In this document: piece by piece, positions 48,911-61,945 of the stretch
Numbering within the stretch: the stretch's first letter is position 1
How the letters are laid out: each line of letters begins with the position of its first letter
From: Raja brachyura
Lineage: Eukaryota
Direction: 5' to 3'
Assembly (NCBI GenBank): GCA_963514005.1
Contig: OY740800.1
Span: 9,982,001-10,046,000 of the forward strand
DNA: 64,000 nucleotides
Notes under the pieces: generated by a model
What the model saw: the letters and a program-made list of their open reading frames with translations, nothing else
Database searches by the model: none
Told to the model about the DNA's origin: nothing
Made by a program: the position numbers and the translations under genes

Positions 48911-50567
48911 AAAGCTATTATGGGTTATAAACGGGAAGCTCGTGGTTTCAAGAGTACAATGTCGTGTCTTCCACTTACTTGATTTTGGTTCATTTCACAT
49001 TTTTTTATTTTGTGAACTCTCCATTTACTAAGCTATTTTTATTTCTAGGTGATATCTGGGCGGAAGATTTGGAAGGGTTGGCCTAGTCTTCAGAGGTAAT
49101 CTGAACCAGATACAGGGAACTGTGCCATTGACAGCTTCCTCACTGAGCCTCCCATGCCCTTGTTACAGGGACCAACTCCACCCACAGTACCCGCTCTTTA
49201 TGCTTATCTAGTGGCTTCTGGTGGAGAATGTGACCATCTGGAACGTGCATTAATTGACTAAGCATCCCTCCCAAACTTGAATACTTCTCATTACTAATCC
49301 CAGCAGTAACCTTATAACAATAAGATTGTTTGACTTTCTTCATTTTATTTAATCCGATCACACAAATCCAAACAGAGAGAGTCTCTGATACCTGACTGCA
49401 GAGCTCCTTAATCATTTGGACACATAGTGTGGGTTAAGGTGCTTTGATTTATATTTTGTTACAAGATTGAATTAACATTATTGAATGAACTGCAAATATT
49501 GAAACAAAGATGTACTAGCTTGGCTGAAGGAGAAACTACATAGGGGACAAAGTTCTTGGAATTGAGAGGGTGGTGAGAAATCTGTTGTCACCGACACTTA
49601 CTTAAATCTGGCATTTAACAGGAAAAATTTAAAAGGCGAGTAATATTCAATCGTTATCTGTTCTGGTAGCTATGGACTTTGGAAATTCTCCGTGACAGTT
49701 TCACAACGAACACCATAGCCCAACCCAAAGCTGTTTCACCCTGTAAGTGTGTTTATTCCCCAATTGAGTGTTTGCTTGTTGGTAATCAGCAGTTTTCTCC
49801 CGCTCTCCCACCTCAAACCCAAAGGGAAAGCATCAAACTGCAATTCCTAAAGTACTTCCCCACCTGACAGCAAGTAATTAAGAAACGTTAAGAATTAAAC
49901 TTTAAATCTTGCAGCCTACATCTTATTACACTGTGTAGTGCCTTCACCTACAAGGCCATTGGGAGAATTAGAACAACAAGATTTAATTGATGAAAAATAT
50001 TATTGGATCATTCCGAGTTACTCCATGTCCCTGTGTTCCGTTTATCCTGTTCCTTATTTTCTCCTTTAACTGCACACTCAGACATGAACTAATTTTTTAA
50101 AGAATGTATTAGAATGGGTGATCAAATATTTCATCAAGGCGATGAGTTTCAATGAAGTCAGGGGATTAAAGCGTTGAGAAGAATTTTCCAGAGTAGTTTT
50201 CCAAGACAGCCGAATAACACCACTGGTGGGATGAAGGGAAGTTTGGTATCAGACAAACTGCAGAAGGGATGGAGAATTTGGGAGCTTTGTCAGTCAGAAT
50301 GAGGGAAGACAACTAAAAAGGAATTTAAGAACATAAATGTTGATGTTATACCTACGGCAATGGGCCATTGATGAATGAGTTGGAGTAGCTGTAGAATGGA
50401 ATAAGGGCAGTGAAGATCACAGAGGGTTGAGGACAGGCAGTTTGCCACAACAGCATGCAAGCAATCTGATTCAATGACAATGGGTAGGAATGGCACTGAT
50501 GGTGATGTGGAACCATTGTTAAAATCTAAAGCTTTCGGTCAGCTTTTCACCAGTGTTTAACTAAATT

Positions 50568-50912
50568 AGTAGGAAGGAACTGCAGATGCTGGTTTAAACC
50601 GAAGATAGACAAATAAAGCTGGAGTAACTCAGGCAGCATCTCTGGAGAGAAGGAATAGGTGACATTTCAGGTTGAGACCTTCATCAGACTAATTAGGGAA
50701 AAGGGAAACGAGATATAGACGATGATGTAGAGAGATAAAGAACAATGATATGCAAACAAGTAACGTTGATAAAGGAAACAGGTCATTGTTAGCTGTTAGT
50801 TGTGTGAAAATGAGAAGCTGGTGCAACTTGGGAGGGGGAGAGGGTGGGAATGTCGGAGTTACTTTAAAGTTAGAGGAATTAATATTCATACCACTTGGCA
50901 GTAAGCTGCTTA
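50568..50912 (-). mobile_element. Penelope-like 3' end / terminal repeat
   Basis: aggaaggaactgcagatgctgg..gacatttcaggttgagaccttcatcagact..ttcataccacttggcagtaagctgc. Confidence 0.8.
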
Positions 50913-51363
50913 AGCTAACAACATGAGATTGGATGATGGCCAGCACAGTAACAGCCCAGAAGCATCAGTGGGCTCTGCTGGTGTTTGAGGTGGTTCTGGG
51001 AAGAGCACACACAGGGAGTATGGGGCTGTGCTCATGCATGCTATTGACAAGTAAATGAGGAAGAGGGAGAAGTACTGAGAAAATAAAATCATTGTTTGTT
51101 AAAATGACAAACCAGAAGTGATTAGAGAAACCAATGAGAGAGATGCTGTGGCTATGTGGATAGGTAAGAACAGAATCATTCTATGACACGCTTGCTGAGT
51201 TGGACCATGGAGGAGATATACACAGAGTACACATGGCAAACTGCCTACCCCATCACGCCACAGGCTACCCAGGAACTTACTTATACAGGAGCAAACATTT
51301 ACGTTTAGTCTATGAACGGTTCTGAAGCCGGACATTAAATGGTCCAGCATCAAGGTCAGTTTA

Positions 51364-51493
51364 TGTTTAAGAAAGAACTGCAGATGCTGGAAAATCGAAG
51401 GTAGACAAAAATGCTGGAGAAACTCAGCGGGTGAGGCAGCATCTATGGAGCGAAGGAATAGGTGACATTTCGGTTCGAGACTCTTCTTCAGTC
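51364..51493 (-). mobile_element. Solo Penelope terminal repeat
   Basis: Near reverse complement of 7712-7842. Confidence 0.85.
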
Positions 51494-51549
51494 GCATGTC
51501 ATGTGTAACATGTGCCAATTATGGTACAGTGAAATTCAAATGCGTTTAG

Positions 51550-51846
51550 TGTCAATTTTATGCCTAGCAAGACCCCTCAAATAACACTGCCATAATGACA
51601 ATATGCAACAGTTTTACTGACGTTGGGGAGGGGAGATGCTGACCAAGACTTTGTCCTATATCTTAGAGAGTGGCCTTTTTAATAATTTTGTGAGAAGGCA
51701 CTCAAAGCCCCTTCATTTTATCCAAATGCTGGTTACTCAAAATTGCAACTCTGATTACTGTAGTGCGGGTCACACTGTAATTACCCGCTCAGCTTCCTGA
51801 AGGTTGGACACTCTAACGCAGGGAGAGCACTGCCACTGAACCAAGC
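51550..51846 (-). mobile_element. Degraded DeuSINE/SacSINE-like SINE
   Basis: caattttatgcctagcaagacccctcaaataacactgccataatgac..gagagcactgccactgaacca, resembling the recalled reverse-strand consensus. Confidence 0.5.
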
Positions 51847-52094
51847 CCATAATATGTCAAACTTGGCTCTGTAAAAGTTTGCACCAGACGCCATTGCTAC
51901 TATTTAATTAACAACTTGTCACACATTGAAAAGGGATAATGCTAGTACAATGCACTTGAATGTTTGAAACTGGTAGTAGTTGCGTCCCAGCCTGCCATGA
52001 TCCCCATACATGCCTCAGGATGTCACGGGTCAGTCCCTTGAACGATTGGGACTGTCCCAGGGATTTGTGGAGACTTTGGTTGGGAGAGTCTATG

Positions 52095-52760
52095 ACCACA
52101 GGGTAGGACTACAGCCTCAGAATAAAAGGACACACCTTTAGAAAGGAGATGAGGATGAATTTCTTCAGTCAGAGGGTAGTGAATGTGTGATTTTTTTTTG
52201 CCACAGATGGCTGTGGAGGGCAAGTAAATTGGGTCTTTTTAAAGTGGAGATTGAGGGATTCTTGGTTAGTAAGTGTGTCAGGGGTTATGGGGAGAAGGCA
52301 TGAGAATAGGGTTGAGAGGGAAAGATAGATCAGCCACGATTCAATGGCAGAGTAGACTTGATGGGCCGAATGGCCTAATTCTGCTCTTATGACGTATGAG
52401 CTTCTAGTATCCTCACGATCAGGGTACGTATCATGCCAATATATTTATTTATTTACATTTATCTCCTTTGTTAACTTCCTAATTAAGTAACCCCACTACC
52501 ACTAAAGAGTCAGGGACCCCCTCTCCTCTTCATCCTCACCACCACACATCTCCTGAGAGGACCGTTGGGCACTCCAGCGTGAAAACCATTGCATTAAACC
52601 AAATGGGAAGATGGATTCAAGAGAAAGTTAGATGTAGCTCTTCAGGCTAATGGAATCAAGGGATATGGGGAGATAGCAGGAATGGATGATCAGCTATGAT
52701 CATATTGAATGGCGGTGCTGGCTCGAAGGGCAAAATGGCCTACTTCTGCACCTATTTTCG
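52095..52760 (+). mobile_element. Two CR1 3'-end fragments (52095-52400, 52610-52760)
   Basis: cagcctcagaataaaaggac..gatgggccgaatggcctaattctgctc; gagaaagttagatgtagctctt..aatggcctacttctgcacctatt. Confidence 0.8.
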
Positions 52761-53414
52761 AAGTTTCTGAAAGAACTGTAATAATATTTTCCCAGCAAGC
52801 AAATAGTTGGAGAGGACTGCTGATTGGATGGATACCGCTGTGAAGCATGGACATGGAAGTGTTAAATCACAAATGGAAAGGGCCTTGGATGGGGTTTCAG
52901 GAAAATATCTTCTGAATAAGTCATAGAGTTGGAAGCACATTGTTTTCTGCAAATCCCATTTCACAGATTATTTTCCGGCCTCACACCTTCGGATAGGAAG
53001 TAGTTTCAGTTTTGACTCATTGGGCTTGATTTTAAACACAATCCACCCAATGTAAAGAGGCCACAGAAAGGACAGAGGGGGGACTTGCATTGCAGTCCTA
53101 ACACATGAATGCCCCATGACTCTGACTGTCTATCACAAGCAGCTAAGGGGTGATGTTTCATTATATGCGCAGTAAATGTGACATCCGGCCACAGCCCAAC
53201 AGAAAACCAGGATAACGTTAGAATGGTCAGAAGGAGTCATTTAGTTTGGCTGGGGGCTTCTTCCCAACCAGGAACAGAAACATTCCTCAGGATTGTACTC
53301 CCATTCACCATTCCCAATGTCAATCTATGCCAGATGCCAAGAAAGCCCAGGCATCACCTAACTTTCCATGGGAATCCCCTCCTTCTGCAAATGTGCACAG
53401 TTGCAGGCAATCAG

Positions 53415-53650
53415 GAAGGCCTTTGTTAGTCAATATGTTGAAGCAACCAGTCCTTGTTTCAGCTGGGCAGTGGCCCTATCCCCCAATCTTTCTCCGCTAC
53501 AATGACGACTTCATCAGTTTTGCTTCTTGCACCCAATGCAGAACAAAACAATATGAGGTAGGATCTGAACCTGAAATATCACCTGTCCAGGTTCTCCAGA
53601 GATGCTGCCTGACCGGCTGAATTACTCCAGCACTACGTGTCTTTTCAGGT
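53415..53650 (+). mobile_element. Old Penelope fragment (RT catalytic motif joined to a terminal repeat)
   Basis: FLRYNDDF (degenerate RYIDD), then cagagatgctgcctgaccggctgaattactccagc. Confidence 0.6.
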
Positions 53651-53699
53651 TGAGGCAGGGTCTTGGCCAAGAAAGCTAGTTCTATATAGTGACACAATA

Positions 53700-54592
53700 A
53701 TACAACAGGAAGCGAAGCACAAATACCCCAGTTTGCATTGACTGCGCTGAAGTAGAGATGGTTGAAAACTTCACATTTCATGGGGTAAATATCATCAACA
53801 CCTTCTCCTGGACCACCCATATTGAAGCAACAACTAAAGGGCCTGTCCCACTAGCATGCAACTCCATCCGATGAGCGCAACCTAACGTGGTCGCTTGAGC
53901 CGTCCGGCGTTGCGGGGCCGGTCCCACTTCGATTGCCGGAATTGTGCGGAGTTCGTCCCGACATCGCGCGGGGCTCCGAAAAACTGACCGTGTTCAAAAA
54001 TTCCGCGCGGCAACGCCTTGTCGGCTCGCTGTCACCTCAACGCATTACGCACCACCTCGACGTCGTGCCTTCGTGAACCTATCTGTGTGTGGCTCTGTGC
54101 CCCTCTGTGTGTCCATCTCTGTCCTGACGAACTTACCTTTAAGACTTTGCTCCAAATTCGCCTCACTTTGCGCCGCGTTGCGCCACTCACCCGACCTCCG
54201 TGCAGCCCCCGTAGCCGGTTTGGTCGCACTTGCCGCATGCAGGCGCATGCTGGTGGGAACGGCCCTGTACAGGGGATCACCCGACCACCGCGCGGCTCCC
54301 CCTGCCGGGTTGGTCGCGCTCATCGCATGGAGTCGGATGCTGGTGGGACAGGCCCTTAAGAAAGCACACCAACGCCTCTACTTCTTTAGAAGGCTTAGGA
54401 AGATCGGTATGTCCCCAACAACTCTCACCAACTTCTACAGATGCACCATAGAGAGCATTTTATCAGGATGCATCACAGCTTGGTTTGGGAACAGCTCCAT
54501 CCGAGACCGCAAGAAATTGTAGCGAACCGTGGACGCAGCCCAGACCATCACATAAACCAACCTCCCTGCCATTGACTCCATTTATATCTCAC
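53700..54592 (+). mobile_element. Rex1/Babar fragment interrupted by a MITE
   Basis: VEMVENFTFHGV..WTTHIEATT|[25 protein letters not shown] rejoins across the insertion. Confidence 0.85.
53838..54356. mobile_element. Complete PIF/Harbinger-type MITE (519 bp)
   Basis: TIRs agggcctgtcccactagcatgcaactccat / atggagtcggatgctggtgggacaggccct. Perfect TAA TSD at 53835-53837 and 54357-54359. Confidence 0.9.
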
Positions 54593-54702
54593 AACGTACA
54601 AACTCCATACAGACACCACCCGTAGTCTGGATCAAACCCGGGACTCTGGTGCTGTACGTGCTGTAAAGCAGCAACTCTACCGCTGCACCACCGTACCACC
54701 CT
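54593..54702 (-). mobile_element. V-SINE head fragment
   Basis: aacgtacaaactccatacagacacc..gcagcaactctaccgctgcaccaccg. Confidence 0.8.
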
Positions 54703-55686
54703 GTGATGTAGATGGAAGTCTTTCTCTATTTCTACTGCTGTTCGTGCAGCTCTCGTACTGGACTCAATGACTCCCTTGACACGGTCTTGTCAATGACAGC
54801 AGCGGCGGTGACGATCGAAGCACAAATAGGGACAGATTTGGAAAAAAGAAAGCCAAACCCATTTTGTGTCCGTCCTTTCCCTCTCCCACAAAGAAAAGGA
54901 GACGGCCTAATCACTGAGTTGTTGAATTGTGATAATGGAGACTGCATCTAATCTGTTGCTTTAAATTGCAGTCAGCCAATTGTGCATGCAAAATGAAATG
55001 GCTGCTAAAATAAGCTTCAGTGAAGCTTGAAAACTGAGCAACCAATTGACCCGGCCAACAGTCTGCAACCCTGCCTGGTCCTCCCCCAAAAGGAATGATC
55101 AAGGAATCTGCGTTGTCCATCAGATCAACTCCCGAAATGTACTTCAAACATAAACCTACCAAAAAAATGTCAAAACCCAAATCAGTTGCTACTGTTAAAA
55201 GATAGTGCAGCAGCAACTTGAAAGGTACAAAATAAAAGTGAATCAAGAAGCTAATAAATTAAAGTAGAAGATAAAGGCAAAAGCTAATAGCACAAAACAT
55301 AAGGAATCTGCAATGGTGTAAATTATCTCAATATTTTATTGTTAAAGGCTGTTCAAATTTATTGCATGAATTAATGTTGAGCAATCTGGCAAATCAAACA
55401 GCATCTCTCTCTTAACTACCTGAAGCTGCTTCTGAGTATCATTCATTGCAAACAGCATTTACTTGTCAATTTGAACTACGGTGTGATCAACTATTCAAAG
55501 CTTTTACACTCCAGTGCAAAATCCCAAGTGGATTTCATAACACCAGCGTCACTGTGAGAAAACCTAACTTTGCCATTTATATCTCTAAAATAGTCTTCAA
55601 CGCTCCCTGAAAATTATAGCACTCCTTTACTTTTATATTCCAATAAAACTCAGTCAGGATTGCTGTTTCCGATGACCCCCTACTGG

Positions 55687-56062
55687 AGTGTGTGTGCATC
55701 TGTCTGTGTCTGTGTGTGCTACTATGTCCATGTCTGTGTGTGCATGTGATTATATCCGTGTCTGTGTGTGCATGTATCTACACGCATGTGAGTGTACATG
55801 TCTGTGTGTGTCTACATGTGCATGTATGGGTCTGTGTTCATGCGTGTTTGCACCCGAGCATCCATTTGTGCCCAAGTGTGTGTTTGTCTGTCTGTGCCTG
55901 TGTATACCTGTGCCATGCGTTTTGTGCCCGTGCGCGTGTGCCCATGCATGTGTGCCCATGCGAGCCTGTGCCCATGTGCCTGTGTCCGTGTCTCTGTCTA
56001 CATGCGTCTCTCTATCTGTCTGTGCACGCGTGCGGTCTCTCTGCCTGTAAGTGTATGCATGC
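55687..56062. repeat. Degenerate (TG)n / low-complexity tract
   Basis: Alternating TG/CA/TC dinucleotides that generate spurious Cys/Val/His ORFs. Confidence 0.9.
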
Positions 56063-57007
56063 AAGTTTAGATGGAAGGTACTTGGCTGAGATGACTGTGC
56101 TGCACAATATCCCATTGCTCCTGCTCTCTGTGGTGCCCCGTGCATTGGCTCTACATCCACCTCCACATTCACTGACGTCACCTTCAGCTGAAAATCGTCA
56201 CGTGGATGATTCTTCAATGCAATCAGGTTTGCATCAATGTAATAGGTTGTTTGCCATGAGATTCACATCTTCTTCAGGTTACTTTATGCTCAGCAAAGTA
56301 AGATCAATGAAATTGTTCGTGCACCAGATGATATTATTTTAAATCAGATGTTTATCCAGGAAATTACTGGGAAGCTGCCCTAACTCTCCTGCAACCAATT
56401 AAAATTGCCCAAGTGACTTAACTGCCATGCTAGTTGCTGTGCGCTGGTCGAGGCAAGGTTGTACCCACCGGCTCAGACCCTTTCAGTGTATCCCAGTTGT
56501 GATCTGACTCCAGTTTTTACCGAGAGTTTCTAGCAAGAAGCTGCACGCGGGCTTCCGGCCTGGAGTTACAAGAGACCTCTCAGGGCAAGTACAATACTTA
56601 CCCTTGTGCGGCCAGGTGGGGCAAATGTGCTTTTCTGGGACCAAGAAGAAAATCAAAGATTTCCTCCACCACAAAGCGCGCGTGCGTCCGTCCGTCCCTC
56701 CACCGTGTGCAAGCTCTGTGCAGCAACTCAGCAGCTCGTTCCGAGCACCTTCTCACTCCCTGTGTGGCCTGTGGGCCACATCAGTTCCTGTTTTTTTCAA
56801 CATGGTTCCCTTGTGCTTTGAGTGTCAAATACATCCACTCGATTACAACCTTTCAGACCCCCATCAAGTTTCTGACGTAATGATTGAAGAAACTGCTACA
56901 GAGGCACAGGTCACCACCTCCCAAAACGTACAACTTAAATATTTTCACCACAAACCGAGACTTTAAACATTATGAAGTTACAGGTCTAAATACACTTGAA
57001 GGCATTT

Positions 57008-57155
57008 AAAACATGGAACAGCACAACACAGGCTCTACGGCCCACAATGTCTGCATGAAGATGGTGCCAAGCTAAACTAATCTCCTCAGCCTGTTTGTGA
57101 TCCATGTCCCTTCACTCCCCATATATCCATGTGCTTACCTACAAGCTCCTTCAAT
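57008..57155 (-). mobile_element. CR1/HE1 3' fragment
   Basis: acagcacaacacaggctctacggcccacaatgtctg..gatccatgtcccttc. Confidence 0.65.
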
Positions 57156-57659
57156 AGCTCCCCATGCTTTTCTTGTTGGTAGTTGTGAATGTAATTTGAC
57201 TGCAGGTGGGATTTAAATCAGCTCACTAGTTGTTCAATCGTGAGAAAACCTGCAAGCAACTAACTTTAAATTCAGACAGGCCAAAAATACGTACACTATG
57301 CAGACGGTGAGGGGAGCTGAACCATACAGTTGCAAATATATATATATTATATATACTACAATTGGAATGTCTTTTCAAGCCTTCATTTATCAGCGCTGAC
57401 CACCCAGCTTGCTCATAAATACATACGCCACATTCATACAGCCAGGGTTTATCAAAATCATAGCATGCCACATAAAAATTCTGTCAAAATTGAGACCTTT
57501 AGGAAATCCCCTTGGCCTCATCTGTGTAGAAACAATGAAAAAAGTACAAGAAAGCAGAGCTAGGTTGAAAGGATTAATGGTCTGCTCAGGTACAAAATTA
57601 AAACTCTTGAGGAGAATCTGAACCACTAGAAAACCCAGTGGATTTTTAATTTTCTTTTC

Positions 57660-57920
57660 ATACCCAACCCGATCTGACCCAACCCGCTATTGTAAATATA
57701 ATAATGTCAAACATGTTAAGTCTCACAAATCTAATGGAAGCCAGAAGTAATGTTGGGAGGCATTTTCAGCAAAGTGGGAAAAAAAAAGCTTGCTAAAATG
57801 TATTTATAAAGTCTCAGCTGGCCCGACCCAGCTGAACCTGACCCGTATCTGAATGTTTTATCAGAGTCTACGCCTGATCAATCTGAGCCCAACACAGTCA
57901 GTTCCCATTGGGTTTGGGTT
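57660..57920. mobile_element. Old DNA-element relic with ACCCG-type subterminal repeats
   Basis: acccaacccgatctgacccaacccg, gcccgacccagctgaacctgacccg, and inverted gggtttgggtt. Confidence 0.35.
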
Positions 57921-59569
57921 CTGGAAGGACCAGGAAAGCACATTAAAAATAACTCCAGATGTTGCAAATTCTGCTACAATTCCTAATGAAAATGTTTAGG
58001 GAAACAGTTGACCTGTTCCTATCTCGGTTTCTTTGTGCACATAGAGAGAGAAAAAACGGAACCCCGAAGCAAAGCAGGGGATTTGGGAGCATGTAGTTTC
58101 ACCGTGACGTCTTGGAATCCAATCAACATGCTCAAAGTTGAGACAAAAGAAAATGCAAACCTAGGCTTTACGCTTGGGTCAATGGAAGAAAATTTGACCT
58201 GCTTTAATTCTCATTAATTTTAATTTAATGGCTCAGATTCTTGAGCTCAGACATGAAAACGGCACGTGACGGGTTAGGTTATTCTGCAACTGTGAAGACA
58301 TCTTACAGCTGATAAATTATCTGGACCTGGGACAAGAGTTTCACGAAGGAGTAATTTGGAAGCCAGGTATACCAGTGCATGTTCTCATATTCAAGCTTTG
58401 ATCTGAGTGTTGCATAAAGGACATCGAGGTGGCATCAAGGTGATTGTTGCTTGGAACCAACAATGCTGCACCTGGACTATTCATTACTGGAGCACAGACG
58501 CAGAGATGTTAGCAGATGACCCCAAGTCAGGAGCAGGGCATGGGGAAGAGCAAATTTCAACGACGGGACACAAGTATCAGGCTGGGTTTGTGATATGACC
58601 AAATACAATGACTGGAGAATGGAAATATACAGTGGGGCTGTGTCCACTGTATGCCACAGATTGGGGCAATGGTCGATAATTCTCGTAAATAGACTATTTG
58701 CTCCCTCAAGCCCGTTTTGCCATTCAATTTGATAATGACTGATCTGTGAAATAACTCCAAGTTTGGAAGTGAGAATATCTTTCAACCTTGGCACCACATC
58801 CCTGAATACCTTTGGGTACAAAGTCGATCAACGGCAAATTTAATATTGATTATTGATTTAGCACAAAATCACCGACAATGGGGGTGTTGTGAACTTCCAC
58901 TGTCTTTTACGTGTGGAAGAAAAGTTTGCAGCCCTCGCTCTGAAAGGCTGGCTTGAAGTATTAGCTATACCCCCCCACCCCCACCCCACCTTGGGTGTGG
59001 GGCCCCTTACCTTAGATCCGTTAGAAATGGTTTTGGTATGTACTTTTAATAATATCATGAAAACATCACTCATTGAACTAAATTTCTAGGGAATTCAATC
59101 CCAATTTCTTAATCTTGTAATTTAACAATTGAAGTGCAAATATTGTTCTGGTAAATCTGCACTGCACTTCCTCCAAGGCCAAGATATATTTTCTAAGGTG
59201 CTCAGAAATGCTCACAGGTCACCAGGTAGATTTATTGCATCCCTCCAACCCAATTGACATTTGCAATTTACCAATCTAAAGTTACGGTTCCCAAATTAAT
59301 GCAGCTCGGGAAGATTAGGAAGTCATATTTTAAATAACTTCCTTATAGATTCCGAGATGGAAGCCATCAAATCCATTGGATTTTGTTATCGCCACAGGCC
59401 TCCACACAGCACAAGGACTTTGGTGAGAACCCATTCCTAATTCAACACTAGTTTTCAGAATGCTATTTTCCTCCTTTATTTCAAATACTAACTGATTCAA
59501 CATCTTTGCCATTTCTTTATTTTCATTGACAAAGACTCAGTTAACGGTCTGTAAGGGGCCCCACACAGA

Positions 59570-60760
59570 AATGCAGGAAGAATTCAACCAGTCAAGCAGC
59601 ATCTGCAGAAGGAGAAACCAGTTCAGGTTCGGGATTGATGATTTTTACTCTGAAGAGTAAGGGGAAGAATGGAGGGGTTCCAGTTTTCAAAGTTGGGGGG
59701 GGGGAGGAGTGTGATGTCAAGTGAACAGGCCATAAGGAGATGGGTTAAGACAGATCGGGTGATAATAAGCAGGAGCATGAAGTGAGACATTTAAAAAAGG
59801 GGGACGGAAGGGACATTTGCATTGTAAAGGAAAATGATGAGACAGCAGTTTACCTGAGGTTGGAGAATTCAGTGTTCTTTCCAGAAGGTTGCAAAGTGCC
59901 TAGACGGGTGATAAGATGTTGTTCTTCTAGTTTATGTTGGGCCTCACTCTGGCAATGGAGGAGGCTGCTGACAGGGGGAAATGGTTTGAGAATTAAAGTG
60001 ACATGCAGAAGGAAGAGAGATCATCCTTGCAGACTGGGCGCAGATGCTCTGCAGAGCAATCATCCAATCTCTGCTTGGTTTCTCCACAGTAGAGGAGGCA
60101 CAGGGAAAGCAGAAATGTAGATGACTAGCTGGCAAGTACCAAGTGGATTGCTGCTTCACTTGGAATGAGTGTTTGGGCCCCTGGGTGGTGGGAAGGGAAG
60201 AAATGAATGGTCTGGCGTTGCATCGCCTCCATTTGCATGGGAAGGTGCCATGGGATGGGAGAGGTGGGTGGGGCAGAAGAACGGACCACACATTATTATG
60301 AAGTGAACGGTCCCTGCAAAATGTAGAAAGGGGGCAAAGGGGGATGGGAAGCTGTGACATGTGGGGGGATCATTGTTTGGGGCTGGCAAAAATGGGAAAG
60401 GATATTTTTGAAAATGAAGTTGATGGGATGGAAGGTGAATACCAGGGGAGCTCTTATCTTTCTCTGTCCTGGGGGAGAGAGAGTGAGAGTCGATGTGGGG
60501 AAATACAGGGATGTGGTTGAACTATGGAAGGGGGGAGACATGTTTCTGGAAGATGAGTGACTTTTCAGAAACACCGCAGAAGACGACCTCATTGTTGGAA
60601 TAAATGCACCAGAGACAAAGAAAAATGAGAAAATATAATGGCAACCTTACAGGAGGCTGGGCGAGAAGATGTACATTCAAGGTTGCTGTAGGAGTCCATT
60701 GTTCCACTCTGAAACCGGCTAGGCTCACTCTGGCACTATAGGAGAGGCTATGGGGAAAGT
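59570..60760 (-). mobile_element. Old Penelope-like element
   Basis: RAPLVFTFHP, FCRDRSLHN and GTFPCKWRRCN..QGPKHSFQVKQ, homologous to ORF 6563-7606. Confidence 0.85.
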
Positions 60761-60859
60761 GCACATGGGAGCAGCCAAGGTGGCAAAGCAATGTGGACTG
60801 CCTGAGACTGCTTAGCAGAAGAAATATTTCACTGGGATGCATTGTTCAAATTTACGAGA

Positions 60860-61150
60860 AAAGATAAATTTAACTCGAGCTTTCCGCAACTATCGAGTCA
60901 GGATCATGGTTATGAGCTTCCAATAGGTTAAAGTTTGTGCAAAGGATGGCAAACATATGGAATCCACTGCTCTGGGAATCAGATAATGTGGGTAAATTAG
61001 AGAGAATTGGATACATATTTGAGAGGGACTGAAAGGCATTAGTTGCCAGGACTTGCCAGATGGACTACAAAGTTTTCCATTACACTTTAAGGTCAAGTAA
61101 ATAGGAATGGAGGGCATTTGCGATATTTGACCAGCCATTCTGACTCACTA
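60860..61150 (-). mobile_element. Old CR1 fragment
   Basis: gagaattggatacatatttgagaggg..ttacactttaaggtc.., resembling the reverse of a CR1 RT region. Confidence 0.4.
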
Positions 61151-61504
61151 ATTGACCCTGGAGAGGGGTGGATCTGCCACTGAGGAACCATAATTCTTCC
61201 TATTTAATTCAGATACCTCCACAAGTCAGTGCCCAAAATGAGTCGAGTGATCTCTGCTTGTCAAGCAGGGAAAAGATTGCAAATGTTCCGGCAAATACGT
61301 GTTCCTATGGGGAATGTGTGTGCATTCTGCTCTGCACAAACAGAAAACCTATTCTGTGGAGATTTCTCAGTTATTTCGTTTGAACGCGGTGATGGGATTT
61401 CCATGTGTCAAGCTGATGAAACAAAACTCACCACAATTGGGAACCAGTGCAAAAAGATTGCCGGCGTTGTGCAGTAATGGCTCAGGTGGCAAAGATCAGA
61501 TACT

Positions 61505-61945
61505 TGTTTCAGACCCTTACTGGAATACGCTTTGTGCGCCTGGGACCCGTACAAAACGGGTCATATCAACAAACTAGAAGGGGTACAGAGGAAAGCCGCA
61601 CGCTTTTGCATCGGGAACTACAATAGCGGTAGCAGTGTCACCCACATGCTGTCCGACCTGGAGTGGGAAACGCTGGAAACAAGAAGGGCAAGGAACAGAC
61701 TAGTCATGTTGTACAAGATTCAAAAGGGGATCTTGGGCACAACTGCAGATAGATACATAACATACTCAACAGAAAGGAGAACAAGAAGGAGAAATGATAT
61801 GCAAATAGAAACCCCATTCGCCAGGACCGATATTTATAAGAATTCACTCTTTGTAAGAACCTTAAGGATGGAATAAACTAGACAACAATATAGTCAAATC
61901 ACCTTCACTAGACAGTTTTAAGGGGTCACTAACAGCACGTTAGTA
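61505..61945 (+). mobile_element. 3' end of a CR1/Jockey-group LINE distinct from the HER1 copies
   Basis: RPLLEYALCAWDPYKTGHINKLEGVQRKAARFC..SVTHMLSDLEWETLETRRARNRLVMLYKI..YKNSLFVRTLR. Confidence 0.8.

Noticed and set aside
53944-54522. 192-aa ORF as a novel gene
   Set aside because: GC-rich MITE interior read through into a Rex1 RT fragment.
55688-56342. Cys/His-rich ORFs that look like metallothionein or keratin-associated proteins
   Set aside because: Translations of a degenerate TG microsatellite, open in several frames.
58477-58821. 114-aa minus-strand ORF with a vague Gypsy-like start (YPKVFRDV)
   Set aside because: No RT, protease or integrase motifs and no LTRs are recognisable.
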